NCBI GenBank assembly: GCA_963842085.1 | Contig: CAWJET010000001.1 | Coordinates: 2,304,001-2,368,000 of the forward strand | Source: an uncultured delta proteobacterium | Lineage (GTDB): Bacteria > Desulfobacterota > Binatia > Binatales > Binataceae | DNA: 64,000 nucleotides | Direction: 5' to 3' | Part shown: one piece after another, positions 9,865-18,343 of the stretch | Layout: every line of letters starts with the position of its first letter | Numbering within the stretch: position 1 is the stretch's first letter | Program-made: the position numbers and the translations under genes | Notes under the pieces: model-generated | What the model was told of the DNA's origin: nothing | Databases searched by the model: none | What the model saw: the letters and a program-made list of their open reading frames with translations, nothing else

Positions 9865-10884
9865 ATGCCGAAGCTAGTCCGTAGCGCCAGCTTGACCGAC
9901 TACCTCGAAGTCGCTCGTTCCGTAGGCCTCGATCCATCCAGTATGCTTGGCAGCGTCGGCTTGTCCACAGGTTGTTTGCAAAATCCGGACTTCAAAATTC
10001 CGGAGGATGCAGTTCGCCAGCTTTTGGAAGCGTCGGCGACGGCAGCGGGGATCGAGGACTTCGGCCTGCGGCTGGCAGAGAGGCGTACGCTTTCAAATCT
10101 CGGCGCGCTGGGGTTACTCGTCCGCGATCAACCGACCGTTCGCCAGGGGCTCGAAGCCTGGAATCAATATAGAAAGTTGCACACTGACTCGGTGTCGCTG
10201 CGAATTGAAGAGCGCGACGGTATCGCGACCGTGAGCCTTTCCCGCTTGGTCGAAACGCCCCTGCCTCAGCGTCAAGCTGTCGAGATGGCGGTTGGTGTTC
10301 TCTATCGCACACTGCGCGTGTTTCTCGGTGACGGGTGGAGGCCGCGTGTCTGCTTTGCGCACAGCGCGCCACGCAATCGCGATACCCACCGACGAGTGTT
10401 CGGCAGCGAGGCCGAGTTCAACCGCGATTTCAACGGAATAATCTGCCGCTCGAGCGATCTCGACGCGCGTATTCCGGCGGCCGATCCGGTAATGGCGCGG
10501 TACGCGCAACATTATGTTGATTCGATCGCACACACGGATGGGACCTTCAGCGAAAAAGTGCGGGAGCTCGTCAGCATGATGCTCTCCTCGGGAGATTGCC
10601 GGATGGAGCGGATCGCGCAGTACTTGGGCGTCGATCGCAAGACGGTGCATCGGCGCCTGGCGGACGAAAGAACGAGTTTCTCCGCTATCGTTGACGGGGT
10701 CCGAACCGAGCTGGTGAACCGTTACCTCGAGAACCGCGAACGGCCCTTATGTGTCGTCGCCGAGATGGTCGGATTCTCTGACTTGAGCGCGTTTTCGCGC
10801 TGGTTCAAGAGACGCTTCGGGCGCAGTGTTTCAGCGTGGCGGGCGATCAATCAGCCGCGCGGCAAGTCCCAATCCGTGGATTAG
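9865..10884 (+). CDS. AraC family regulator (OruR-type N-terminal domain)
   Basis: DFGLRLAE..., C-terminal double HTH VAEMVGFSDLSAFSRWFKRRFG. Confidence 0.92.
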   Translation: MPKLVRSASLTDYLEVARSVGLDPSSMLGSVGLSTGCLQNPDFKIPEDAVRQLLEASATAAGIEDFGLRLAERRTLSNLGALGLLVRDQPTVRQGLEAWNQYRKLHTDSVSLRIEERDGIATVSLSRLVETPLPQRQAVEMAVGVLYRTLRVFLGDGWRPRVCFAHSAPRNRDTHRRVFGSEAEFNRDFNGIICRSSDLDARIPAADPVMARYAQHYVDSIAHTDGTFSEKVRELVSMMLSSGDCRMERIAQYLGVDRKTVHRRLADERTSFSAIVDGVRTELVNRYLENRERPLCVVAEMVGFSDLSAFSRWFKRRFGRSVSAWRAINQPRGKSQSVD

Positions 10885-10902
10885 CTTGCTTGTACCGTCG
10901 CG

Positions 10903-11166
10903 CTATTTTTTCACGCCGGGGAATTTTGCGCGGGTCAGCACGTTGCCCAGGACATCCAGCCTCTGGGCCATGCGGTTCAGGGCGCGGGCCTTGCGTTTGA
11001 GTTTTGCTGAGAGAGGCTTGTCGAACACGTTCTCGGCTGCGATCATCTCAATTTCGGTCAAGGCGTTTCGGATAGTGAGCTTCAGAGCTTTCACTTGACC
11101 GATGAGGACGCTGCGGTCGATTTCAAAGCAGTCTCGTTCGCTATCTATTTTGGATCCCGGTCTCAT
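10903..11166 (-). CDS. Hypothetical helical protein, paralog of 9435-9740
   Basis: CFEIDRSVL...MIAAENVFD...KARALNRM. Confidence 0.7.
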   Translation of the reverse strand: MRPGSKIDSERDCFEIDRSVLIGQVKALKLTIRNALTEIEMIAAENVFDKPLSAKLKRKARALNRMAQRLDVLGNVLTRAKFPGVKK

Positions 11167-11508
11167 TCACGACCCGACTCCTGGCGACATTCGAATCGCC
11201 GAACGGACGTGCCAATTGACCAAGGCTCCTTGAGCCGGCACAGCAAACCTGCTGCTTGCGGGCCGGCTCTTCACGTTAAAAGACTAGCAGAACCATGGCA
11301 GGTTCGCGGTGATCGCGGAAGCAGGGAAAATCGGCACAAAGATGAGAATGAGAATCGTATCTCCACAAAATGTGCATACGGTTCATGGGGAACGTGTCGC
11401 GTTGCCATTCGCGAATCGGGACGGTTGCCGATCGGACCCTGGATGTTCTCAGCTCCGGCCGGTTTGCTAAGGTAGCCAACTCAAATCCCGGTCTTTTGCG
11501 AGGTACAA

Positions 11509-12495
11509 ATGGAATTCGGAGTTCAACTTGGCAATTTGGAACCCGCCCAGTATAAAGCACACGCGCAAGCGGCTGAGGCGCTCGGCTACGACCTGATCGT
11601 CTTCCCCGACCATCTCGTGAACGAAGGTCCGGAGCGGCAATTCGATCCGAAGTCGAACGCCTACGACCATATCGTGATGGCCGCCGCCGTAATGGAGGCG
11701 ACGAAGAAGATCCGCGTCGGCCATCTCGTGCTATGCAACCTGTTTCGTCATCCCGCGATCACCGCGCAGAGCCTGATGACGCTGGACCGGCTGAGCGGCG
11801 GCCGGCTGGTCGCAGGTCTCGGCACAGGATGGACCGAGACGGAATTCAAGATGAGCGGGATTCCGTTTCCGCCGATCGCCGAGCGGCTGCGGATGCTTGA
11901 CGAAGCGATGACCTGCATCCTGTCGCTGTGGCAGAACGAGCGCACGACTTTCGACGGCGAGTTCTACCATTTCAAGGATGCGATCCTGTGGCCGAAGCCC
12001 GTTCAGCAGCCCCATCCGCCGATAATCGTTGGTGGCGGCGGTAAGGGTCTGCTGCGGATCGCGGCGAAATACGCGGACTACGTCAATATCATTCCGGACG
12101 CGGGCAAGCGCGGACACATCTCGATGGAGGTCGTGAAGCGCACGAACGACGCATCGTTTCGCGAGAAGGCGAGCTTCGTTCGCAACGAAGCGAAGCGCCT
12201 AGGCCGCCAGCCTGACGCGGTTCGGATCAGCAACTTCCTTTTCTCGACGATCATTTCGGACTCCCGCGAAGCGACCCGCAAGACCGCCGAGATGATGGCG
12301 CCGATGTTCGGCCAGACCGCGGACGACCTGCTGGCGTCGCCGATGATTCTGATTGGGACGCCGGAGGAATGCATCGCCGAGCTGATGCGGCGCGCGAAGG
12401 ACTGGGGCACGTCGCAGATGATCTTTACCGGCGAAGTCGGGCAGAACGAAAAGCTGATGCGCGACCTGCGCGAGAAAGTCCTCGCGCACGTGTGA
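11509..12495 (+). CDS. LLM-class flavin/F420-dependent oxidoreductase
   Basis: FPDHL, RHPAITA, LSGGRLVAGLGTGW, PKPVQQPHPPIIVGG. Confidence 0.9.
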   Translation: MEFGVQLGNLEPAQYKAHAQAAEALGYDLIVFPDHLVNEGPERQFDPKSNAYDHIVMAAAVMEATKKIRVGHLVLCNLFRHPAITAQSLMTLDRLSGGRLVAGLGTGWTETEFKMSGIPFPPIAERLRMLDEAMTCILSLWQNERTTFDGEFYHFKDAILWPKPVQQPHPPIIVGGGGKGLLRIAAKYADYVNIIPDAGKRGHISMEVVKRTNDASFREKASFVRNEAKRLGRQPDAVRISNFLFSTIISDSREATRKTAEMMAPMFGQTADDLLASPMILIGTPEECIAELMRRAKDWGTSQMIFTGEVGQNEKLMRDLREKVLAHV

Positions 12496-12555
12496 GCGAT
12501 CGCGCACTGAGGTGACGCCTGGCGCGGAGTAGGGAAGGGTAAATCACTCTATTGA

Positions 12556-12622
12556 ATGTGAAACCCACCGTGGGTTTCACGCTTCCCTGGGCACGGGTGA
12601 CCCCTGCACCCAATGTTAAGAA
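12556..12622 (+). repeat. Intergenic two-hairpin repeat, copy A
   Basis: atGTGAAACCCaccgtGGGTTTCACgcttccctgggcacgggtgacccctgcacccaatgttaagaa; matches copies at 37633, 39892, 45521 and 45629. Confidence 0.85.
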
Positions 12623-13068
12623 AGCTGCGCGCCTAGCTGAAGCACCAGCACGACCGTCATCGCCGCGAGGCAGTAGCGATGATCTTTGTAGATCGCGCGC
12701 GCGAGACGGCTTTGCTCCTCGGGTGAGTCTGACGCTTTACCCAGCCGCGCTGCGTTCGGAATGGTGCGCACGCGAGCGAGTCCGATCGCGCTGGCGGCGG
12801 CAGCGAGCGATATCCATTCGATCCACCAATGATACGCGCCGAGCACAATCTCAATGACTATGACGAGCAGCGTCAGCAGCATCACGAGCGCGATCAGCCG
12901 ATTCATCGGCCACGCTTCCCGCGTGACGCGCCGGTAATATCCCGAGATCGACGCCAGCGCATTTGCGGGAACTTCGCCGTCGTGGCCGCGCACCTGCACG
13001 TCGAACATCAGATCGAACCACAGTACGCAGATCAGGAATGCGGCCCCGGCCGCGGCGAATGCGTGCAT
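12616..13068 (-). CDS. Hypothetical integral membrane protein (about 4 TM)
   Basis: MHAFAAAGAAFLICVLWFDLMFDVQV...; ATG lies 2 nt after the stop codon of the displaced Rrf2 3' end. Confidence 0.75.
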   Translation of the reverse strand: MHAFAAAGAAFLICVLWFDLMFDVQVRGHDGEVPANALASISGYYRRVTREAWPMNRLIALVMLLTLLVIVIEIVLGAYHWWIEWISLAAAASAIGLARVRTIPNAARLGKASDSPEEQSRLARAIYKDHRYCLAAMTVVLVLQLGAQLS

Positions 13069-13070
13069 GT

Positions 13071-13153
13071 CTAGATGCTGTAGTTGATCGCCTGCCTGCG
13101 CTTCTCCGACAACGCCTGCAACGTGACGCCGCGCAGGATGCCGTTGACCGAAT
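13071..13153 (-). repeat. Displaced copy of the Rrf2 gene 3' end (att-like direct repeat)
   Basis: 83 bp, 78/83 identical to 14638-14720; encodes the same ...SVNGILRGVTLQALSEKRRQAINYSI*. Confidence 0.92.
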
Positions 13154-13190
13154 GAACGACACGACGGTCGACCTGAGGCGCTAGGTGTTC

Positions 13191-13358
13191 CTATTTGAGC
13201 CAATAGCCGACGACGACGCCGATGAGAGCGCTAGCCCATTTCACGTAGTCGTCGGGGTACTGTTTAGATATCATCACGTAGGAGCAGACACTGAGAATCG
13301 TCGCGCTCACACCCAGTTGGGCGAACAACACGATCGTTTTTCGCCAGTCCGCCCCCAT
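13191..13358 (-). CDS. 55-aa two-TM membrane protein (not in the ORF track)
   Basis: MGADWRKTIVLFAQLGVSATILSVCSYVMISKQYPDDYVKWASALIGVVVGYWLK*; starts 13 nt after the upstream stop. Confidence 0.75.
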   Translation of the reverse strand: MGADWRKTIVLFAQLGVSATILSVCSYVMISKQYPDDYVKWASALIGVVVGYWLK

Positions 13359-13371
13359 TGCCTGCTACAGG

Positions 13372-13620
13372 CTAGCGGCTGATTAACTCTTTGACGGTTC
13401 TGACAGCTTCGCGGATGTGAGTACCAAAGGGGGCTTCTTCATCGTCTTCGACAGCAGTGGTAGCGGTCTGCTGCGCCGCCGTCTTCTCATTTCCGGCAAC
13501 AGTGAATGTTGCAGATGAATCGTCACCAAGAGGAAAACCTGATGGCTCGTAGTTTTTGATGGTCCACTGATTTAGCCACCCTGCCATGCATTGCGTTGTC
13601 TGGGTAAATATCGTGCTCAT
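13372..13620 (-). CDS. 82-aa hypothetical acidic, Thr-rich protein
   Basis: GGAGAGGG RBS-like sequence before the ATG; co-oriented between the islet genes. Confidence 0.65.
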   Translation of the reverse strand: MSTIFTQTTQCMAGWLNQWTIKNYEPSGFPLGDDSSATFTVAGNEKTAAQQTATTAVEDDEEAPFGTHIREAVRTVKELISR

Positions 13621-13655
13621 TAGTTCGCCCTCTCCGCTCTCTCGCGACAGGAAAT

Positions 13656-14462
13656 TCAGTTTTCGCCGCTCAGATCTTTTCGCTGAATTATGCGCAACCC
13701 CTCGCGCCGGGTTATTACGGCTACATCAATCGCGCCACCCACGCCGCGAATCCCGATGCTAAGCTTTTGCGCCGTTACTGTGGCACGGATCAAAAAAACC
13801 GCCAAGTCTATGGAATCTTGCAGCGGAAGGACCGCAAACGGTATAGCCAACGAAAGTAGTCGCAAGTTCTGAACCAGCGTAGCCACCTGCGAGTCCTGTA
13901 AATTAAGAATTCGCTGAACGATCTGGGGAAGTTTTACGTCGTAACCCTGAAGCAGTCGAATCGCCGCTTCTGATTGGCCTCCGATGGTAATTCCAAAGTC
14001 ATTCGGCGACTGCTCTGCAGGGGTCGGTTGGCCAGGGATCGTAAGAACGTAGACCGAGCCGTACGCTGCATCAGGATCATACCCTCCGATACAAAATGTC
14101 ATCCCAGGCCCCTTATAGTCTGGGGGCATTCTCTCCCTCCAACGCGCCAAGTAGAAGTCGCTAAGTCGTTGAGCGAAGTCGCGCACATTTTCCTTGTCTT
14201 GTGGCAACTGGGTTTCAAACTCAGGAAGGAAACTATGAGCCGTTCGGAGGTCGGTCGGCTTGGTTCCCATTACCGCATCGCCATAAGTGACTGCCGCAAC
14301 TCTACGGGGATTGTCTCGGTCACCAAAAGTCAAAAGCTTCGTTGCGTTGTCGAAGTTCACGTTTATGGGCATTTGACCTGGAGCCGCCGCTGTGAGGGTC
14401 ACTCGACTGTCCGCGGCCAAGACCACTCCCTCAGGCCCCTTGATGACAATCCCTAAAGACAA
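13656..14462 (-). CDS. Proteasome-beta-like Ntn hydrolase with Ser1 nucleophile candidate
   Basis: (M)SLGIVIKGPEGVVLAADSRVT...NATKL...GGYD...GGQ...VGGAIDVAVIT matches the 20S beta/HslV-type pattern (nucleophile at residue 1, D17, downstream K); TTG start. Confidence 0.8.
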   Translation of the reverse strand: MSLGIVIKGPEGVVLAADSRVTLTAAAPGQMPINVNFDNATKLLTFGDRDNPRRVAAVTYGDAVMGTKPTDLRTAHSFLPEFETQLPQDKENVRDFAQRLSDFYLARWRERMPPDYKGPGMTFCIGGYDPDAAYGSVYVLTIPGQPTPAEQSPNDFGITIGGQSEAAIRLLQGYDVKLPQIVQRILNLQDSQVATLVQNLRLLSLAIPFAVLPLQDSIDLAVFLIRATVTAQKLSIGIRGVGGAIDVAVITRREGLRIIQRKDLSGEN

Positions 14463-14637
14463 CTTGCCCCCCGTTTCTGCAGAATTGCGCGTCCGCCGAG
14501 GTTGTTCACTACGCTCCGTCGCCAGAGCGATTTTTTACCATAGTATTTGGCCGCGCTTGGCTCAAACGGAAAACCCCTCGTCTACTGCGATTTCCTGCAA
14601 GAATACCATCCCATAAAAAATGAAACGACCTCTCCGG

Positions 14638-15072
14638 CTAAATGCTGTAGTTGATCGCTTGCCTGCGCTTCTCCGACAACGCCTGCAACGTCACTCCGCG
14701 CAGGATGCCGTTGACGGAATCGCGCACTTCGCGCCATACGTCGCGCATCGCGCACGGTTGCTCGCGCGGGCAGGTCGACGAGCTTTCCTCCAGGCATTCC
14801 ACGGGCGTGTAGTCGCCCTCGATTATCTCCACCACGTCGGCCATCGTGATTCGCGCCGGCGGCCGGGCCAGCATGTACCCGCCGCTCGGCCCCTTCTGAC
14901 TGGCGACCAAACCTCCACGCTTGAGCTCGATCAGCAGCCGGCGCAGGTAGTTCTCGGGGATATCCTGGGTCTCCGCTATTTCCTCGACGCGCACCGGCAA
15001 GTTGGCAGGATAACGATCCGCCAACAGCAGCAGGGCCTTCAGTGAGTAGTCAACGCCGACGCCAAACTTCAT
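14638..15072 (-). CDS. Rrf2 family regulator (CymR/IscR-like)
   Basis: IAETQDIPENYLRRLL...SQKGPSGGYML; three Cys (CLEESSSTCPREQPC); divergent from the sulfite reductase. Confidence 0.92.
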   Translation of the reverse strand: MKFGVGVDYSLKALLLLADRYPANLPVRVEEIAETQDIPENYLRRLLIELKRGGLVASQKGPSGGYMLARPPARITMADVVEIIEGDYTPVECLEESSSTCPREQPCAMRDVWREVRDSVNGILRGVTLQALSEKRRQAINYSI

Positions 15073-15137
15073 CTTTTTTCAGAACTTTCCCCTCCTGAAT
15101 CTACCATTATCTGCCAATAGAAGGAATAGGCGACTCG

Positions 15138-15180
15138 CTTAGTCATCTACTTAATTGACTAAGTAGGTAACCTAAGTTAC
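15138..15180. promoter_or_regulatory. Overlapping palindromes, probable Rrf2 operator(s) in the divergent promoter
   Basis: CTTAGTCA-N10-TGACTAAG, CTACTTA-N6-TAAGTAG and GTAAC-N4-GTTAC. Confidence 0.6.
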
Positions 15181-15207
15181 TTTTTATCCTCGCAGGAGAA
15201 TCGATCA

Positions 15208-16833
15208 GTGCCCAAGAGGGAACCGCAATCGTGGGAAATGGTGCTGAAGCGCAACTCGGTCGAGCGCCTCAAGCACGAGCTGTTTCCCACCGAGCTGGCG
15301 GGTCAATGGGACCGGCTGGCAGAGACCTCATACGAGAAACTCCCCGAGGAAGATATCGTGCGGCTCCAGTGGTTCGGCATGTACCACGACAAGCCGAAGA
15401 TCGGCACGTTCATGATGCGGATCAAAATTCCCAGCGGCATCCTGAGCGCCGAGGGGCTCCGCGCAATCGGTGAAATCTCCGAGAACTACGGGCGCGACCA
15501 GGGCGAGCTGACCACGCGCCAGAATATCCAGCTTCACTACATCACGCTCGACAAGTTCCCCGAGATTCTCGACAAACTCAAAGGCGTCGGGCTGACGACG
15601 ATGGGCGGATGCGGCGACGTCGTGCGCAACATCACGGGATGCCCGGTGGCGGGCGTGGACCCCGACGAAGTTTTCGACGTGACGCCGCTGATTGCCGAGG
15701 CCGCGGGATTTTTCTACGGCAATCGCGAGTACTCGGACCTGCCGCGCAAGCACAAAATCTCGATCGCCGCATGCCCGCATCAGTGCAACGCGCCCGAGAT
15801 CAACTGCGTCTCGCTGATCGCGATGCTCAAGGACGGACGCGAGGGCTTTGCGGTGCGCGTCGGCGGCGGACAGTCGTCGACGCCGCGGCTGTCGCGGCAC
15901 CTGGGCGTGTTCATCACGCGCGAACAGGCGATGCCGGTGATGCGCACGATCATCGACGTGTGGCAGGGCACCACCGAGTACCGCATGTCGCGGGTCAAGG
16001 CGAGGCTCAAGTTCATGATCGACGATTACGGGCCGGAGGAATTTCGCAAGCTGGTCGAAGCGAAGCTCGGCTTCGCGCTCGAAAATCTCGACGAGATGCC
16101 GATTCCCCAGACCGAGAGCGATCACATGGGCATCCACGAGCAGCGGCAGCCCGGGCTCAACTATGTCGGCTTCCCGGTTTACCTCGGGCTGATGAGCGGG
16201 CGGCAAATGCGCGAGATTGCGGCGCTGACGGCGTCATTCGGCGGGGACGTCCGACTCACGCGGCGGCAGAATTTCATCCTCACCGGCATCCCGACCGCGC
16301 AGCTCGACGACGTGATCGCGCAGGTCGGGGCGATCGGGTTTCCGCTCGATGCGAACGGCCTTTACGCGTCGTCGATCGGATGCATCGGCGATCCGCATTG
16401 CAACTATGCCGTGACCCCGACCAAGACCAAGCTCGCGACGATTATCGAGCGGCTGGTGAATCAGTTTGGCGAGCAGGTTGGCGGTCTCAAGCTGAATCTC
16501 GACGGATGCCCGCATGCGTGCGCGCAGCACTGGACCGGCGACGTCGGGTTGCAGGGCACGACCAGGCGCGGAGCCGCGGGCGAGCCGCTCGAGGCCTTCG
16601 ACATTATCCTGCGCGGCGGGTTGGGCAAGGATGCAGCGATCGGCAAGCCGATCATCCGCCGCGTGCCGTCCGCGCTGGTTGAGGATTCCGTGGCGCGGCT
16701 GTTCGGGACTTACCTCGAACGGCGCGATGCCAACGAGACGTTCTCGCACTTTTGCGTGCGCACGCCTGACGCCGACCTGATTTCGATCGCAAGTAGAAAC
16801 GCAACCGGCGCTGACGCCCACGCCGCCGCCTGA
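15208..16833 (+). CDS. sir: Ferredoxin-dependent sulfite/nitrite reductase (siroheme)
   Basis: TTRQNIQ, LPRKHKISI, CIGDPHC and GCPHAC ligands; adjacent to cysH. Confidence 0.9.
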   Translation: MPKREPQSWEMVLKRNSVERLKHELFPTELAGQWDRLAETSYEKLPEEDIVRLQWFGMYHDKPKIGTFMMRIKIPSGILSAEGLRAIGEISENYGRDQGELTTRQNIQLHYITLDKFPEILDKLKGVGLTTMGGCGDVVRNITGCPVAGVDPDEVFDVTPLIAEAAGFFYGNREYSDLPRKHKISIAACPHQCNAPEINCVSLIAMLKDGREGFAVRVGGGQSSTPRLSRHLGVFITREQAMPVMRTIIDVWQGTTEYRMSRVKARLKFMIDDYGPEEFRKLVEAKLGFALENLDEMPIPQTESDHMGIHEQRQPGLNYVGFPVYLGLMSGRQMREIAALTASFGGDVRLTRRQNFILTGIPTAQLDDVIAQVGAIGFPLDANGLYASSIGCIGDPHCNYAVTPTKTKLATIIERLVNQFGEQVGGLKLNLDGCPHACAQHWTGDVGLQGTTRRGAAGEPLEAFDIILRGGLGKDAAIGKPIIRRVPSALVEDSVARLFGTYLERRDANETFSHFCVRTPDADLISIASRNATGADAHAAA

Positions 16834-16862
16834 ACCGGGTATCGCGCCCCAAGGATTTCGTC

Positions 16863-17702
16863 ATGGCTGCAGGACCGCAATTTGAAGAAGAGCTCGAAAC
16901 GCCCGATCTGAGTCTCAGCATGGACGAACTCGAGGCGGGCGAGGCCGCCGTCGAGCTCGACGACAAGGAGCCGCAGGAGGTCCTGGCCTGGGCGATAGAC
17001 AGGTTCGGCAGGGAGCTGGCGATTTGTTGCAGCTTCCAGGCCGACGGCTGCGCGCTGATCGACATGGCGCACAAGATCGATCCCCGCATCCGCGTCTTCA
17101 CGATCGACACCGGCCGCATGCCGCAGGAGACCTACGACGTAATCGACAAGTATCGCGAGCGCTACGGAATCCACGTTGAGGTCTTCATGGCCGATACCGC
17201 GATCGTGCAGCAGATGGTCACCAGGCACGGCAACAATCTTTTCTACAACGACGTCAACCTGCGCCTGCTCTGCTGCCAGGTGCGCAAGGTGCTGCCGCTG
17301 CGCCGAGCGCTGATGAACTACAGCGCGTGGGTGACGGGACTGCGCCGCGACCAATGGGCGACGCGCTCGAACATCCGCAAGATTGAAATCGATCACGACC
17401 ACGGCGGGATCGTAAAGCTCGCGCCGCTGGCCGACTGGACCGAAGGCGAGGTCTGGGATTACATCCGCGCCAACGACGTGCCCTACAACGCGCTCTATGA
17501 CAAGGGCTACAAGTCGATCGGCTGCGCGCCATGCACGCGCGCGGTGGGCGAGGGCCAGGATCCTCGCGCCGGCAGATGGTGGTGGGAGACGGGCGCGCCC
17601 AAGGAATGCGGGATGCACTGCGCGATCGAGACGGGCGGCTTCGAGCACGAGCTGGCATCGCTGCTTGGTCATAACAACGGCGACGGCCACACTAAGTCCT
17701 AG
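16863..17702 (+). CDS. cysH: APS/PAPS reductase ([4Fe-4S] APS-reductase type)
   Basis: IDTG, CCQVRK, TGLRRDQ, SIGCAPCT, GRWWWE, KECGMH. Confidence 0.93.
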   Translation: MAAGPQFEEELETPDLSLSMDELEAGEAAVELDDKEPQEVLAWAIDRFGRELAICCSFQADGCALIDMAHKIDPRIRVFTIDTGRMPQETYDVIDKYRERYGIHVEVFMADTAIVQQMVTRHGNNLFYNDVNLRLLCCQVRKVLPLRRALMNYSAWVTGLRRDQWATRSNIRKIEIDHDHGGIVKLAPLADWTEGEVWDYIRANDVPYNALYDKGYKSIGCAPCTRAVGEGQDPRAGRWWWETGAPKECGMHCAIETGGFEHELASLLGHNNGDGHTKS

Positions 17703-17711
17703 GGACAGGCG

Positions 17712-18206
17712 ATGGCGAGCGACGACCAGCCCAAGGCGGGCGAATCGATCACGCTCGATAGTCTGCAGCGCGACATCCTGATTCCGCAAATCCAGGCGTT
17801 TCTCGACGCCACGAAGGAACCTCAGGCGCGCGAGACCTATCTAAGTCTCAAGTCCGCGATCGAAGCGCTCGAAGTACCAGCAGACCTGCAGCCGAGACTA
17901 GGCGCGATCGTCGAAGTAGCACTAACCAGCGGCCGGATAAGACGCCTATTCGGCCCCGGCGCAGAGCTATCGCTCAACGCCCTGTTCATGAAAACTCCGC
18001 GCGGCCGTGAAGTGGCCCAGTCGCTAGCCGAACTCAACAAGGCGCTAGCGACGCTCAAGGGCCAGACGGTCGAGCAGATTACGGCCACGCAGCGAAGTCC
18101 CGGTGCTTACGCGCTCACGCTCAAGACCAGCGGTTGCCAAATAGTAGTTCGCTTCGAACAAGCAGGCGTCCGCGTAGAAAGCCTGGAGGTAGACCTCGAC
18201 CGCTAG
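17712..18206 (+). CDS. Hypothetical protein in the sir-cysH operon
   Basis: 164-aa ORF starting 9 nt after cysH. Confidence 0.7.
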   Translation: MASDDQPKAGESITLDSLQRDILIPQIQAFLDATKEPQARETYLSLKSAIEALEVPADLQPRLGAIVEVALTSGRIRRLFGPGAELSLNALFMKTPRGREVAQSLAELNKALATLKGQTVEQITATQRSPGAYALTLKTSGCQIVVRFEQAGVRVESLEVDLDR

Positions 18207-18343
18207 CTCTAGCTCATCCAGAAAGTATGTTGCGGTCCGACTACTGCCTCGCCCGTTACTTTACGATGGGATAGAGAGTGGCCGGAGGTGCCGATCTTTG
18301 GCTAGATTGGGATCGGCGAAATCGCCACGAGACTGCGGCCACG

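Larger units (their letters stand above)
13071..14720. mobile_element. Integrated genomic islet in the 3' end of an Rrf2 gene; no integrase retained
   Basis: Flanking 83-bp direct repeats, visibly lower GC interior, three co-oriented cargo genes. Confidence 0.78.

Noticed and set aside
12616-13203. 195-aa version of the membrane protein
   Set aside because: The N-terminal extension is an out-of-frame reading of the duplicated Rrf2 end; ATG 13068 is the more plausible start
13071-14720. Repeat pair as a diversity-generating retroelement TR/VR
   Set aside because: Mismatches are not adenine-specific, are all synonymous, and no reverse transcriptase is present
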